From the NCBI GenBank assembly GCA_047495785.1, contig JBLDXI010000001.1, positions 62,001-126,000 of the forward strand: a stretch of DNA of 64,000 bases. The letters are read 5' to 3'. Positions within the stretch are counted from its first letter, which is position 1; each line of letters starts with the position of its first letter. Positions 15,224 through 30,923 of the stretch are shown here, piece after piece. Below the pieces are notes generated by a model. The model saw nothing but the letters and a program-made list of their open reading frames with translations, made no database searches and was not told the DNA's origin. Source of the stretch: Lepidodermella squamata. Lineage: Eukaryota > Animalia > Gastrotricha. Both the position numbers and the translations under genes were made by a program.

Positions 15224-17821
15224 CTAAGAAGTTGCATTGTTTGCATGGTGATAATCAGCAATGTTCGCGACGCCCAACACCGTGGAGGGCGAGCGCGAGC
15301 ACGAGCTCATTTGGCCGTCGTCTTGGCAATCGTCCATCATGCCATCCATCAGCTCATCGTCGACACCGTGCCCGTTCAAATCCCTGGAATTTCCATTCAC
15401 TAAAAAAAGCGAAAGCAAAATTACAGATAATGAAAGTCTTAATTTGAAAAACTGACCTTCTTCATCTGCCTCTTCCTCGAACCCAGTATTGTTCTCGCCG
15501 TACCACGTGCGTTTCACCTCGCCACGGCGTGACTTGAGCAAATTTTTGTACTCACTGATGCGCAGACGCCGCCCGTCGACCACGCACGTTCGCTTCGGCC
15601 GAGGGCGGTAACGGTAGTCCGGGTGCTTCTCCATGTGCTCCTTGCTCAGTTTTGATTGCTCCTCGTAGTAGGGCTGTTTCTCCGCCGGCGACATGTCTTT
15701 CCACTTGCAGCCGAGTATCTTCGAAATGTTCGAGTTGTGCATGTCAGGGCAACTCTTCAGAATCTTGCGCCGTTCCTCCCGCGCCCACACCATGAACGCG
15801 TTCATCGGGCGCTTGATGTGCGGCTTCGACGGCGCCGCCGCCGCTCCGTCCCCTCCATCGAAACCGTCGTCACCGACAGCCGCAGCAGCAGCCGCGGCAC
15901 GGCCGTTTTTAGCCGCCGATTTCGACCGGCTTCTCGGTTGCTGAAGGCCAGCAGCACTGCCGCCAACCGCTTTCCTGCCACTCGAACCCGGCGAGTTTTC
16001 GCTCAGCGCGGCTTTGTTATTATTACTAGACGCGATCTGATTGTTAAGATTGCCGTTGCTCAGGTACGAATTATCGTCGTAGTGGTCGAGGTCGTCGTCG
16101 CAATCCACGCTCAGCTCCGAGTCCCTGGTGGTTTTCGACGCCTTGGCGACGGGTGATCGATTCACAGCCGTGAGTGTTTTCTCGGCATTGTTGTTCGAGG
16201 CGGCGAGGGCGACGGCGTGGTTGATCTGCTGCAGGAGTTGCTGTGTCGGCAGGAAGTTGCCGACGTTGAACAGCTGCGGCAGGCCGGCGATGGAGTTGAC
16301 GGGGATGAAGCCAACTGCGGCAGCGGCAGCCGCTGCCAACTGGTCGAGTTGCGCCGCAGTCGCCGCGGCCGGCGGACTTAGCGACGATGGTGACGAGGCG
16401 TTGGTTTTGTGGTTGCTGGTCGACGACAGGTCGGCGGCGGAGTTTCCGTTGAGCAAACGCTGCGACTGTGACGAGTGGGCCGGCGGAGGTTGTTGCGCCC
16501 GGCTCTTCGACCCGTCAATGTCCGATCGCGGTGAGTTCTCGCTGGCGCCGAAGTGGCGCGGTTTCGCCAAGTTCAGCGCATCTGAGGCATTCTGCATGAA
16601 GTTTCCTGAAAATTGATTAAAGATTTAGTATGATATTTTGTTCGCCTTGGCATATAGGCATCGCTTTAACCGCATCTTTTGCGGAACCGCTCAAACAATA
16701 GGCTCACTCTGAAGTAATGAATTCTTTACTTTGGCGATACAAAAAATGAGACTTAAATTATTAGATTAGAATTGCATCTCGGGGCCTACTTGCTTCAAGG
16801 ATCCAAAGCTGGAATAGTTGAGGTTGAGGGGTGGCATCCATCGGTATACATCGGTAAAAGTGGAGAAAATCCTCGACAGAATTGATTTCGTCAATCGTCG
16901 TGTTTTAGTTCACGAAGCCTCTCATGAGATACGAACTAGTTTTGAAAGTCTATTATCGCTCAACTCTACTACAATAATTAGATCCCAGTTTTTTCTGGTT
17001 TATAACGGGAATTAATTTAGCGGGAACAAGGTGAGACAAATCCAAATCTATCCAAGCTTTCCAGAGAATTCTAGCAGTTAGCGAAGCTCAATTTTAGGCC
17101 AGACAAATTTCTGATTATTGACATAAAAGTTTCGGATAAAATGAGACATTTGTTACATAATATTACTTGCCGAACTATAATAGCCATTAACCAAAGGTTG
17201 CGTGTCCTCTAATAAAGGTTCAGAACATGGGTCCCGAAATTAAACGACACCCCCTATACCTTGAAATTTTAAGTTGAAATAATTTTTGTGGAATATTTCC
17301 GCATCCTGATCTGCCAGGCAGTTCAAAAATCATCTTTTCCCAAGTTATCTGCATCCATGATTATCTTAATGCCAACACTTGGTAGTGTGTTGTGCAATGA
17401 TAATTTATCAGGCAGCAATTAGACAAGACATATTTTCTTACAGATTTGAAGCTTCAAAAGTTGGGGGCTAACCTCTTTTGCGGGTCGGTTCTTCTTGCCG
17501 TGAGTTGTTGGCCTTGAAATCGTGCTGCTGTTTCAACAGCGCGGACAGATCTTCGATCAGGGTTCTGACGAAGTTCTCCTTCTCACGCTCGGATAGCAGG
17601 CAATCGAGGTGCTTCGACACCAGTTCCATGATCGCCCGCACTCCGGTAGGCCGCGCCCTAGACATGGTGGTATCGGCGCATGACGACGCCTCATCTGCGT
17701 CCGCCTCAAATGGCTCCACTTTATGACACGCCTCGCTGCTGCCGTTGTCGTCGTCGCTGAATTCCTGGCCGTTAGAGACAAGGCGCCGCGCGGGGGTGGT
17801 CTTCCGTTTGCTAGCCATCAA
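15224..17821 (-). CDS. SoxD: SoxD-group HMG-box transcription factor (Sox5/6/13, Sox102F)
   Basis: Exons 17821-17473, 16605-15457 and 15399-15224. HMG box [39 protein letters not shown]...[27 protein letters not shown] is diagnostic of SoxD. N-terminus MASKRK is as in invertebrate SoxD. Confidence 0.95.
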
Positions 17822-17849
17822 TCAATAACGTGAAAATCGCTTCATGTGG

Positions 17850-20800
17850 CCTCAGCTTTTTAAGGCAATTCTATTAAATAGAAACGAATTTTTTTCGAGT
17901 TTGGTTCTCAAGGAGGAAGTGAGGGCGATTGTTGTTATTGTTGAGCGGCGCGTCACATTGTGAGATGGCGATGGCTTTGCGTGACAAATAATAAGATGAT
18001 GTGTCAAACAATTTTTCGTGTACACAAGGCTTGTATTATTGTCGACATTATTCAACACCACCACCGTTTAGATAGCAAGTGATACGGGCGACGACGAGAC
18101 AATGGAAGCGCGAAAAAAACGGTGTGATGGGTAAAAAAATAAAAGAAAACAATAGGCTTCAAGAAACAGCACTGGCAAACAATGCAAAGTTACAAAAAAG
18201 GGAGAAGAATATTTTATCTGTATGATGCCGACTTTACTGTATTATTATGTCGGCGCGCGAGAGTAAATATTAAAATATATGCTCGCAACAATAAAACAAC
18301 GCGCAACAAAAACGGCAACGCGCGACATAAAAAGTGGAAACAACAGCCAGGTATCATACTAATAGTAATGATGATAATAAATGTCATCTTGCATGTGCAC
18401 TCCGTTACCTCGAAAAACAATAACAGTAAATTATGTGGGCAAAGCTCACGTACACAGGGCAGAAAAGAGCCATGAAGTTATTGTAACAAAACACCCCGCG
18501 ACTGTCAAAAATGTACCACTCCGGCGAAAGAAAAAGAGCGGCGCTATGCCGATCCTTTCGGGACAATAAAGGCAGTTTTTCGTGAAAAAACAACAGCTAA
18601 GCGATAACTTTGAAAAATTGTTTTGCCAACACGCATCAATTACCATTGTCGTTCTACACTTTTTGACGCGTGCCGACTCAACAACAGACAACACCGGCTC
18701 AACAAAGGCTAGGCCCGTGCGGTTAACAATAAAATAACACAGCAAAAATAATAACAAAATTATTGCCCGGGACTTGAATAAAACACATCTTTCAGGTACT
18801 TTTCTTTAATACCATATATATATAAGAAACCTGCGGCATTTCTCCTGCGAAAGCGCGCGCATGCGGTCTGAAAGTCACAGAAAAACAAGTCGGCGCGCTA
18901 TTAGCATTTTGTTTTGAGAAAATTGCTATCATTATCGTCATCATTATATTGCTGTATGACAGGTTCCTACCTATTTTTCAAGCATTCTGAGCAAGGACCA
19001 AGAAACGATAACTAAGGCGGCCTTTCTATTCAAGTCGGGAAGAACTAACTTTAAAAAAAGGATTAAGGGTGTATAGGCCCCTTGTTCCTTAAATAATATG
19101 AAACCAACGTACTAAATGTGTATACTAAATGTGCTTTATAAAATCCTTGATTTTCTTTACAGCTGAGCTTCCCAACTTAACTAAACCTGGATGAATGCAT
19201 TATCTTAACATGGATGTAAAGAAATGATCCGATGGATGGGATGGCGAGGTAATATAAATAAAAATATAGACAAAGAAAACTAAAAAATCAAGTCGTCCAT
19301 TTTGTGCGACCTTGATGTCGAGGTATGCCTCATTCTGTAATAAACGGCTAGAAATAGTTAGATCAAGAATGAAAAAATAGGATGAAGCCACGCGGAAGCG
19401 GAAGCGACCGTTGAGCGTAACCGATTTCCACGGTCACCTGGATGGTTAAAATTAGTCTAATAAAAAATGTAGCCGTAGTGTAGCATGACGGGATAAAGAA
19501 GCTGTAAGACTATGGTGAAATTTCGTCGTTTCCAGGTTTAATAACGAAATGACTCGTCGGGGTAAAAAATAGGCGACACGGCCGCGCGCTATTTGTCTGT
19601 CAGTCAGTCAGTCGGCAGTCAATGCGTGTTATCGAAATTGAAAAGAGTGTTTGAGATTTTAATAATAATCTTAAAACAGCATCAGTTGCGAACGCTTTTT
19701 GTTCACCTTTAATGTCATTACAAAAATAATGCAGCTGCGCGACGGTGGCGGGCTGAGCGCAGGCGCGCAGGCGACGGTAGCTAGACATTAACGAAGATGT
19801 GATGAGATAAAATAAAAGGCGGCGCGCGTGCGAGCACAAAACACGGCTGGGGAAAAATGCACAACATCATCAAATTATTTTAATAATAACAAAACACAAT
19901 AACGAAATTATACTAATAATAAAGAGGCGCGACTAGGGCGAGTCAAAGCGCAGAAAAACGAATACCTGAGCCGTCGTCATCGTCGCTGTTGTATAGGGCG
20001 ACACGAGCTGCGACACGACGATAATAGGTAATATAATACACTTATAATCACACGTTTTTCGCCGCGGACTTGTGTATTATCATCCGCGTAGTCGCCATTA
20101 TATTTTAGGCGAAGACAACGCACGGGCGTGTTCGCAAAGAAATCGCGAGCGCGCGCGCGCTCAAGCAGATAAATTTTCAAAAGACGCGACGAAGAAAACG
20201 ATGGTGCGCGCTTTTTACAATAATGGCTCGACATTATTATCATCTCCATCGCCATCCATCGTCCTCAGTGTGTGCCGCGGCGAAAATAACGCCAGAGGTA
20301 ATCTATATCTATAGCCCTACCTGCTCACCCTTCACCGTGTTTGCTTTTTTGCTCGCGCTCGAATTTTTTTTCAATAAAATAATAGCAGCAACAGCTCAAG
20401 TAATTATTTTGCAGTGCGCGCGCTGCCAACGCCACAAAGAAAGGAGGCGGCGAGTATTCAGGCGCTTTAAATGCCGCAGATAATGCCAAGGTGTAAACAC
20501 TATACGCTCAAGGAATAAAAGAAAAGTTTTCTTTTCTTCGCAATGCACCAACACGTGGCGAAAAATAACTCCTTACAAAACAGACAATTCTCATAATAGG
20601 AGCTATAATAGGTAGGGCGAGTAGCTATTGAATTTGAATGCGCGACTTATAGCAACAAATCGGATTTAAAAAAGGGGCAGCTGTGACGACTGCAGCCGTA
20701 TTTTATAGCCAAAACACGCACAATGAACAACAAAACGTGTTTTTCGCCGTCCCGACGTGTGTTCAGCCTGATCTTCTTCATTTTATCGCTATTATCATTA

Positions 20801-23000
20801 TCATTTTTAGCAGTATTATTAACAGCAACAATTATTTATTATCGAGATGATGGCTGATGATTATGTTATTCTGAGCTCATCGCGCGCGCCCATTCCGAAG
20901 CATGCGCGCAGACAAAAAGTGTTTCATTACAACAACAGCTGAAGATCATTGTGGCAGTAGGCTAATAAGTGGAAAATATATCGCCGTGCGCGCGCGCTCG
21001 GAGATGAGACCGAGTAAAAAATAATAAACGCTAATAAATACAACACACAGGTCGATGGCATGACGGTGATGATGAGGATGAGGATGATTATCATGATGGG
21101 GGATGAGGATGAGACTTTCGCAACGGGCAAATCATTTGAATTTTGATCAGCTGCTGCAAGGCAAACAGCAGCGCGGGAGATACACAAAAAGATGCAACAC
21201 TTGGAAAAAAGCCACCAGAAGATGTATGATAACAACGTGTATCATTGTACACAGCGATTAAAAAAGCAAAAAATAATGAAGCTAGGGATGAGGGCCGAAA
21301 AATGAGTAGGCGCTCGTCGACAAAGCGAGATCAGCTGGCTGCCGAGGCAAATAAATTTATTGTCGCGGGTTTATTTGCACACTCCTAGCTTACATTTAGG
21401 ACTGAACGCCCGGAGAAAAGGAAAGAAAAAATTTGAATGCAACGAACACGCCAGATGCTGAGCGAGGGAGAGAATTTATTTCAAACGGAACAATACTAGG
21501 TAGCGGCTGGAATAATGGACCTTTATAGCAATTAAGTCTGCATTGTGGTGGTGATGTGTGGCTATAAATAATGGCAGTTACCCTGGCAATTTACATCGTT
21601 ATTACAGTCGTGCGCCGACAACGTGCAATAAATAACCCGCCGATACCGACCTGCCACGTGCCACACGTAATATCGAAAATGATGATGATGTGCCCTCGAT
21701 TGTTTTAAACCCAATAAATTACACGTGCGAAATCTCGCGAAAAACATGGAAACCCTACGAGCTTTATCTGTTCGTCACGCAACGGATAAAGCATCTCACT
21801 CAAATTATATCACCTGTCCTAGGGTATTGAAAAAACAAGGACAATAGGCGCAACCATTGACAAGAGCGATGCTAATAATAGCGAGTATGTTTGATTAAAT
21901 TTGATTTAAAAAAGGAATGACAATCTTCTATCGACGAAAGACTGCTGAAAGTAAGATTTGAACTGGCTTGCAACCGACTATTTAATCTGACAATTATTAA
22001 GTATTGCGACTTAGTATTAAGTTTACAAGCACAATAAAATGCAAAACAATAATAATTTATTTAAAAAAAAGAGAGAGAAACAGGGAAATTAAAATAATAG
22101 CTGGCAGACGCGCGCGCGCGCTCTTTTTTCCGTGACGGCTCTGCGGATCGGCAAAGGCTGGGCTGAAAGGTACGCTGAGAGACGGCGAGTCGGGTCGGTG
22201 CACAAACACGCTTTCTGCGCCATCGCCGTCTTCGACCGCGACAACAAAAAAGTATCAGAAAGCGCCGCATCCTATTTGAAAGAATGGGGCACGTAATAAT
22301 AATAATAATAAATTGGCGCTGTTTCTACTGCTTCGCTTCTGCAGAGCCATTATGTATTTTCTCGGTTTTTTTCATTTTATTATTTAATTCTTCACCGTCA
22401 TTCTTGAGGCTGTTGTTATTTTTCGCCTCGCATTTTATACACACAATTACTACAATAATATATAAAAGATGATGAGCTGAAAAATTGTAGGCGCAGAATA
22501 AGAAGAATGAAAATCGATGCTGACACTCTGAGGCGCGCCGATTCTCGCATGTGCAAACAAAGGAAAGACCGCGCGCGCCCTTCTCACGGCTTTTCCTTTC
22601 TTTTTTTTCATCTATACCTGCGTCGAGCACATACACACGACGGCACGTTACACCTTGCGATAATAAAAACAATAAATCGCGACATAACACGGCGGCTAAT
22701 ATCAAAACAATGAATTTCAAAAGGCGCTCCCGCTCTGCAATAAAATAATATATTATTGTTCTGCAGCGCTGTTTAGCGCTTTTTCTCGCATATAAATGCG
22801 CTTGGATCATTGCTATTATATTGTTTTCCCGTTCGCCTCGTATTTTCGCCGGGAATCGCAAAAGGTATAATCCCGACACAATCACACCGAAAAGCGAATA
22901 AGAAATTGAAAATAGTTGAAAAGAAATCTTACAAAGCAGGACGAAAAGCAAAATATTAACAGAGCCAGGATTTAATCGACAACACTGATTGAATCTAAGG
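17850..23000. promoter_or_regulatory. Large non-coding region upstream of SoxD (putative cis-regulatory domain or 5' UTR introns)
   Basis: About 5 kb with no credible ORF. AT-rich, with (CG)n tracts and many AACAAT Sox-like motifs. Contrasts with the ~100-600 nt spacing elsewhere in the window. Confidence 0.5.
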
Positions 23001-24402
23001 ACAGGTGGGGACATTAGTGTATCAATTTAAAAATCATGGTATGAGCAATCACATGCATGCGAGCAATGATAGTTTGGAGAAGAACTTGAAGAAACATATT
23101 TTCGTTTCTAACGGATTTATTCCTTAAATCAAGCAATTGATAAGAAGTCTTTCTGATGCTCCCTGCTCAATCTGGTAAAACTACGAGATTTAGCTTTTTA
23201 GAAGCTGTTATAGCTATATTGGCATTATCGAATCATGAATTATCTAGATTGACTCGACGTGGAGTGTCATCAACGAGACCGCTTGATTTAGGCTTCTTCC
23301 CGAAGTCACCCAACGGATGGCAGTTCAATGTACACAAACTCACCTGAAAGTTCCGGAGGATTCGGCAGAAGCTGGCAGCTGGGACGGAAGAAACACGTCA
23401 AATAAAATCTAGATTTCGGCAACTCCGAAATATATGGTGAATAGGTTGCACCAACGCAACACTCTAGGCAAAATAATAAGAAATACGAGCCCTTCGTATG
23501 AGACATTTGAAGTTCCCAGGTAATTCCGCTAAATTGATGCACCAATAAATGACAATAAAAGCAAAGTTGATTATGCGAGCGCGCAAATGTCGCACGAAGA
23601 CACAGAGTCATCGCGGGCATCTTGAGACCTCGCCGACGTTGCCGATGCAAACACTCGCTGAAATCGATAAATTCTAGTCGCTGGTACCGGGCGGGCACTC
23701 GAAGCACGGCTTTGTTGATACACCACGGCACGTCGAGTGTGTACATGGGCGATCGGTGAAAAACAATCACGTCGCCATTCCTTTAAGGTTTTGTTTCGAA
23801 ATGTTTACTAATCTATTGTCGCTTCAATATATTAATTAACGGTACCAAATAATGCCTATACCTGCCAATTATCAAGTGCATTGTCGCAAGTTGCCAGCTA
23901 TCATCGGCAACTCTCGGCGCCGATTATTTCCAAATCGCTCATTTATTATGCACGTCACCAGAACTCGAAAAGTTCTCTGTATTTACTCAGAATAACATTA
24001 TTGAGACCCGAGGCATGGCTTTTTTACCGCAAAATTGTTTGCGATCATGAATATTGTTTTATTGTTTTATTATAAGCGCTAAATTCTCTTATTCACCATT
24101 GTGGCATTATTTAATTAAAGTGGTATTTGCTTTAGTTAAAGTAATGAGAATTAATTGATTTCAAGATTGTGACAGTGATTTTTAATCAACAGCAAAAATT
24201 ATGCAGGTATAATATATATACTGAGAAAAATAGAGCGTTTTAAACGCTTTCGCGAAAAATAATCCATCATGCAGAACATTTTCGTTAAAAAATGAGATAA
24301 CAACATTTGGCGTAGTTTCAGAAACCATCCGCGCTGCAGAAAAATAGGATAATTTATAACGAGGCATTCATCGTTACTGGTGATGAGATGAGCTGGTAGC
24401 CT

Positions 24403-26244
<1,842 letters not shown>

Positions 26245-29200
26245 TACACCGTCCCAATCCCGCCCGTCAGTTCAAATTTATCAAATGTAATCTATTATTA
26301 AATGAAGAAATTGTGTTCAAATGAACAAAATCAGTATGGTGGGAAGTGGGACATAACAATGTAAGGGTTTTATGTAAGGAGTAGCTTATTCAAGGCATTG
26401 GTCATGGTAGGATGGGCTTAGGCCTTCTTATTTCCTCCATTATTCACACTATTCATAGCTAGCTCACAACTCAAAGTCTTGAGATTAAGGAAGGGTCCCG
26501 AGATTCGATGTAGTATAAGGAATATTTTAAAATTCTTAACCGTATGGCGATTCGCATGTTACAAATTGATATGAAGTAATAAAATCTAAAGCTCGTTCAT
26601 CGAAGGTATGACGTAGTTGGTAATTAAGGTGGCGAGGAAGTGCTACACTCTCTCAAAGAAATGAGGAGTCATCTCGGGTGAAAAATTGCTAAATGCGGCG
26701 CTGCCACATAACGACGGCTGCAGTTGTGCTGTTGCTGCGTTTTTTGAGCCATTGTTCGTCGGCCAAAAAGTTGAAACTTAAAACAGCACAGTTCAGCTAT
26801 TTATCGAGCCGGCATAGCTGGCAGCAGTGGCGAAGGACGAAACGGCATTGTGGGCACCTCTCGTAGTAAACACGTTTTGTGCTTCGCTCGCAACACCTAA
26901 TACTGCCGTGTGCTGCCGAGCCGCGGCAAGGAAAAAAGGCGTATTCACGCGGCGTTGGGCTCTAAAAATTGAATCCAACTCGTGGCACAATAGCCGCAGA
27001 GCCGTGGCCGTATTTTATCCGTCGTCCTATGTATTGTCGAGCTTTGCATTTACCTTTGCGTTAATGCCGCGCTTTGTTGCGCTCTGCAACATACTGTTTT
27101 AATTTGCTACTGCTACTACTGTTGCTGTCTTGTTATTTTTTTAAACAAAAGTTGCCAACATGTGGTAACCGCCAACACGAGTGTTCTACACCTTTTCGCG
27201 GCAACGGCCGGCTCTGCGCCGTTCCGCCAAATGTAGCCCGCTGTCGACTGCAACACTTGTTGTTTCTTCTTACATTCTTTTTTTGCGCGCGCGCCGCTGT
27301 AATATTTTGATGAAAATAATAGTTGGCGCATTTTTGGCCATCATCATCATCGTCATCATCGACGTGTCGAGCGGCGCTGTTTTGTTGAAAAATATCCGTC
27401 GCTCGAAAGCGCGCTGCCGCCGGCGACGACAGCGCGACAACTGCCCACCACCTTACGGTAATTATTTGAGCGGCGGCGGCGGCGGCGCGGTTGCTGCCGG
27501 CTCGCGTGAAGGCCCTTTCTTCGGCATCGCCATTGGAGTGTAAACAAAAAACAAGGCCGGCGAACACGCTCGTTTAGGAAAAAAGCGAGGCTAAAACATC
27601 TGACGTAACTACAGCGCTGCAACTGTTTCATTCGTGATGATTACTATAAGCCGGTGGTTGCTTTTGCCGCCGTTTGACAGCAGGTGGCTCGTCGGCAGCC
27701 CTCGTGTTGCCTTGTGCTGATGTTATTTTCCGTTTTTCAACACCATTCACACACCGGGCACCCGCCTCTGTTTGCGGAAATTCTCACGCTAAGCGAAAAA
27801 GCCAGGAGAGCGATTCTGCAATGAAATAGACGTGGCCAAAAAGTGCTAGGCAAATTGAAACTTAATAGCCACAATGGCTCTTGAACGCAGACGTAAAGGG
27901 TATCTAACGTGATTTTTTCAATTTTCGGCGCCTATTTTTAGATGAGAAACTCAGTGAGCCATCGGAAATCAGAGTTGATAGATTTCACGGCAACCAACGG
28001 CGACTCAGCGTGTGGGAGTTCCCCGCCTGCAACTGAAAACCAGTAGAAAACTTAAGAGTTGATCCATTCATTGACTTGACCGGAACAAGCTTGAACAATC
28101 AGCAGAGCCAAATGACATTTTATTCGTTTCTACAGAAGCCATGACAAAAGCAGGCTGACAGCTTTAGAAAGGATAAGGCACGTGCCCTGATCGATGCGTC
28201 CACGCGTTGCAATTTCGCTTTATTTGCACAGAAAATTGCACAAGTTTTGTAACCTCAAGTCTTCAATCCAAGTATATCTCGGATCCTCTTACAAGTTCAA
28301 TCCTTCGATATAATCTTCAATTGGTTTGAATCCGGATAATAGTCGGACAAAATAGAAACAGTGAGACGGCTATTAACTCTATCTTTTTGCACTTGAACGG
28401 TATTTTATTTTATTTTTACACATATAGGTAGAAGGTTGAGATGTATTGTCTAAATGATTATCAGCCATTCGCTGCCGATCACCCCTCATCTCCAATCCAT
28501 ATATCTGAGTCGGTAAACTACGCCGTAAGTGCTTACCTCTAGTTTCAGTGTTTTCTGTTTTACTTTTCCCGTTTATGTAGCGATGCAAAATTTTAAGGTG
28601 TTGGTTTGGATCTAGTAGAATTGTATGAAATTACCCCGAATGACACTTTAACCCAATTAGATTGCCTAAATGACGCATAGATACCATAAGCTAAATTGGA
28701 TTTAGAGACAGCTTGATACGTTTTATTATATGCGTCACTGTGAGGTGTCACCGTGGCCAGCTTAGCGCAAGTGATTGATCCTTTGAAATACCAGGACGCA
28801 ATTATATCGCGCCTTCCGCGCCATCGATATTCAGGCGAAGTGGCTATGCCCATGAAATGAGGGGTGGGCGCTCAATTTGACGACGCAAACTCAATGAAAT
28901 CAACTCCTACTCTCATACGTTGAGCGCCAAAACAACTCGCCGATCGAACGCGGCCGAATCTGCAAGAATGCCGTAAAGCCCCATTCGGCGCACTCGGTTT
29001 TCCGTCATCATTACTTCAGCACAGCCGCTGATCCCGAGCAATTACATTGGAATTAAGCTTGGATCACGGCGAAATAGCCAAACAGTGCGCCGGAAATTGT
29101 TTGCAAAAATATGCGCCACGCGCAAGTGGGTAAAAACGTATTTAAAACTCAACGCCAACCAGCCATAGCATTCTCTCTGATTTTTGCTGGCGCACCAGCG

Positions 29201-29396
29201 ACGTGATGGCCACCGGTTGAGCGCTTCCGCTTGACACCATCTATTTTAACCGACTTGGGCGCTACTCGGAAGCGCTGACGCAAACGCTGTTTTACGACCC
29301 TAAAGATGGACACATGCTCCGGTTTTACACGATATTCCATTTAATTTTAGGTTATTTTTATTTTAGTTATCAACTCAGTTTCATCAATCTTGATAA

Positions 29397-29944
29397 ATGG
29401 CACATTTTTCTTCTAAAAACTGGTTCGGTGCATCTGTGCTATGTTTGGTAGCATTGGCCGTTGTAGTTTCTGGTGAGTTTGCCATAAAGCCACTGCGATT
29501 AATTATAATATTTAAAAATGCCTTAATTTAGCCCATGTTGACGATCATCAAGACAAGCAAGTGCACAACCGTCAGCGTCGACAGGCCTGGCTGCCGCGTA
29601 TCGGCCGCCGAACCACTTTAGTTTTGCCACGAACTGGTCGGCCGGAGGATGAGGTTTTCACCGAGTCTTTCGACAACACGATCCGCCAAGCTCTCCGTGA
29701 CTTCGCCAGCCAGCAACCCGCTAATGATGACTGCGGTTCGTTTGTTTCCAACCCTATTACTGATCAATTTTTAACCTCATAAATCATAGACCTGAAAGCC
29801 AGTAAGACTAGCAAGCGCGCCGACCGAAACCCGCCGTCAGTGATGATGCGTCTCGGCAAGCGTTCTGCGCCATGCAAGCGATCTGGATCCAGTGAGGCGG
29901 AGGCTCTCGATGCTCTGAAGCGGCTGGGAATTCGCTTGCTCTAA
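29397..29944 (+). CDS. Neuropeptide precursor (PRXamide/CAPA-like layout), 144 aa
   Basis: Exons 29397-29472, 29532-29735 and 29790-29944. Signal peptide MAHFSSKNWFGASVLCLVALAVVVSA, then RQRR-QAWLPRI-GRR-TTLVLPRT-GR, a spacer, and KR-ADRNPPSVMMRL-GKR. AATAAA at 30313. Confidence 0.85.
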
Positions 29945-30346
29945 ACTGGAAACCAACATGGAAGTTCTAGCCGTTGTAGTTTTCGTGATGCGAATTGAGT
30001 TCGACGTCCGAGTATTATCGATTTAATAGGCCACGACGAACAGCTGTTGTGCAACATTGTGCGTGATATAAATCCCAGAAAAACTGAAGGTGAAACACAG
30101 AGAAATCCTCGCGCTCCAACTTCTTCCAGCGCCACCCGAGATGCGAAATTTATTGCCGCTTTGTTGTCTCGTGAATGTGATTTTAATTTATGAATGCCTT
30201 GTCGTTGCGACTGGATCTCGCAACCACCCCTGTAATTTCTTTGTTTGACCCGTGATTTTTCCTATCCTGTCTTTTTCAGTTTATTTTTGCGTACGTTCGA
30301 GAACAACTTGAAAATAAAACAGTCAATCACACAAAAATATTATTCT

Positions 30347-30720
30347 TCAGGTAGGAGCTGGTTTGCGTAGCGTCCAAATACACCTAAAAAGCAAGCATTT
30401 AACCAACTTCAATAGGGCAATGGTATAGTGAACTCACGTCTGGCCCACGCCTGACATTGCGACGATTCGATAGCCCAAAGCGTCGAGCCGGTCAAGAACA
30501 ATTCGAGGGGTCAAAGGACTTTCATAATGAGAGCTGAATTAATGGTAAAATGTAATGAAAAAGCCATCTTAATAGACGATACGTACAAATTATTTCCCGT
30601 CTCGGTAATCAATGCCGCATCGAGTTGCTTCATCAGTTCGGGATCTGAACCTGCATCTCCGCAGGTTGTAGGGCCAATCTCAAGCCGAATTCTCGTGCTG
30701 ATGATAACATGCGATGCCAT
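30347..30720 (-). CDS. GCHFR: GTP cyclohydrolase I feedback regulatory protein, 88 aa
   Basis: Exons 30720-30587, 30533-30438 and 30383-30347 give MASHVIISTRIRLEIGPTTCGDAGSDPELMKQL...GNNF...PRIVLDRLDALGYRIVAMSGVGQTCIWTL, matching GFRP end to end. Confidence 0.93.
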
Positions 30721-30923
30721 AGTTATAAGAAGAGTTTTATTCTAGTTGAGAAACCCACACAGCTATGTTCATGTCATGTTTAGAATCGCAGCATGGCATA
30801 ACACGGTTCGCGCTCTTCCAACAAAACGTAATACATGAGGATGAAAACAAGTTGCGTGACGGCAACACTTGTATTTTATTGTATATCTTTTTTCTAAAAA
30901 AGCAGCAACAACACAGACTTTCT

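Noticed and set aside
22325-23014. 229-aa hydrophobic ORF upstream of SoxD
   Set aside because: Low-complexity translation of T-rich regulatory DNA, with no domain motifs and composition unlike real genes here.
27133-27631. Several 90-144 aa ORFs upstream of KLF
   Set aside because: They arise from GC-rich and simple-repeat sequence on both strands, with no recognisable protein.
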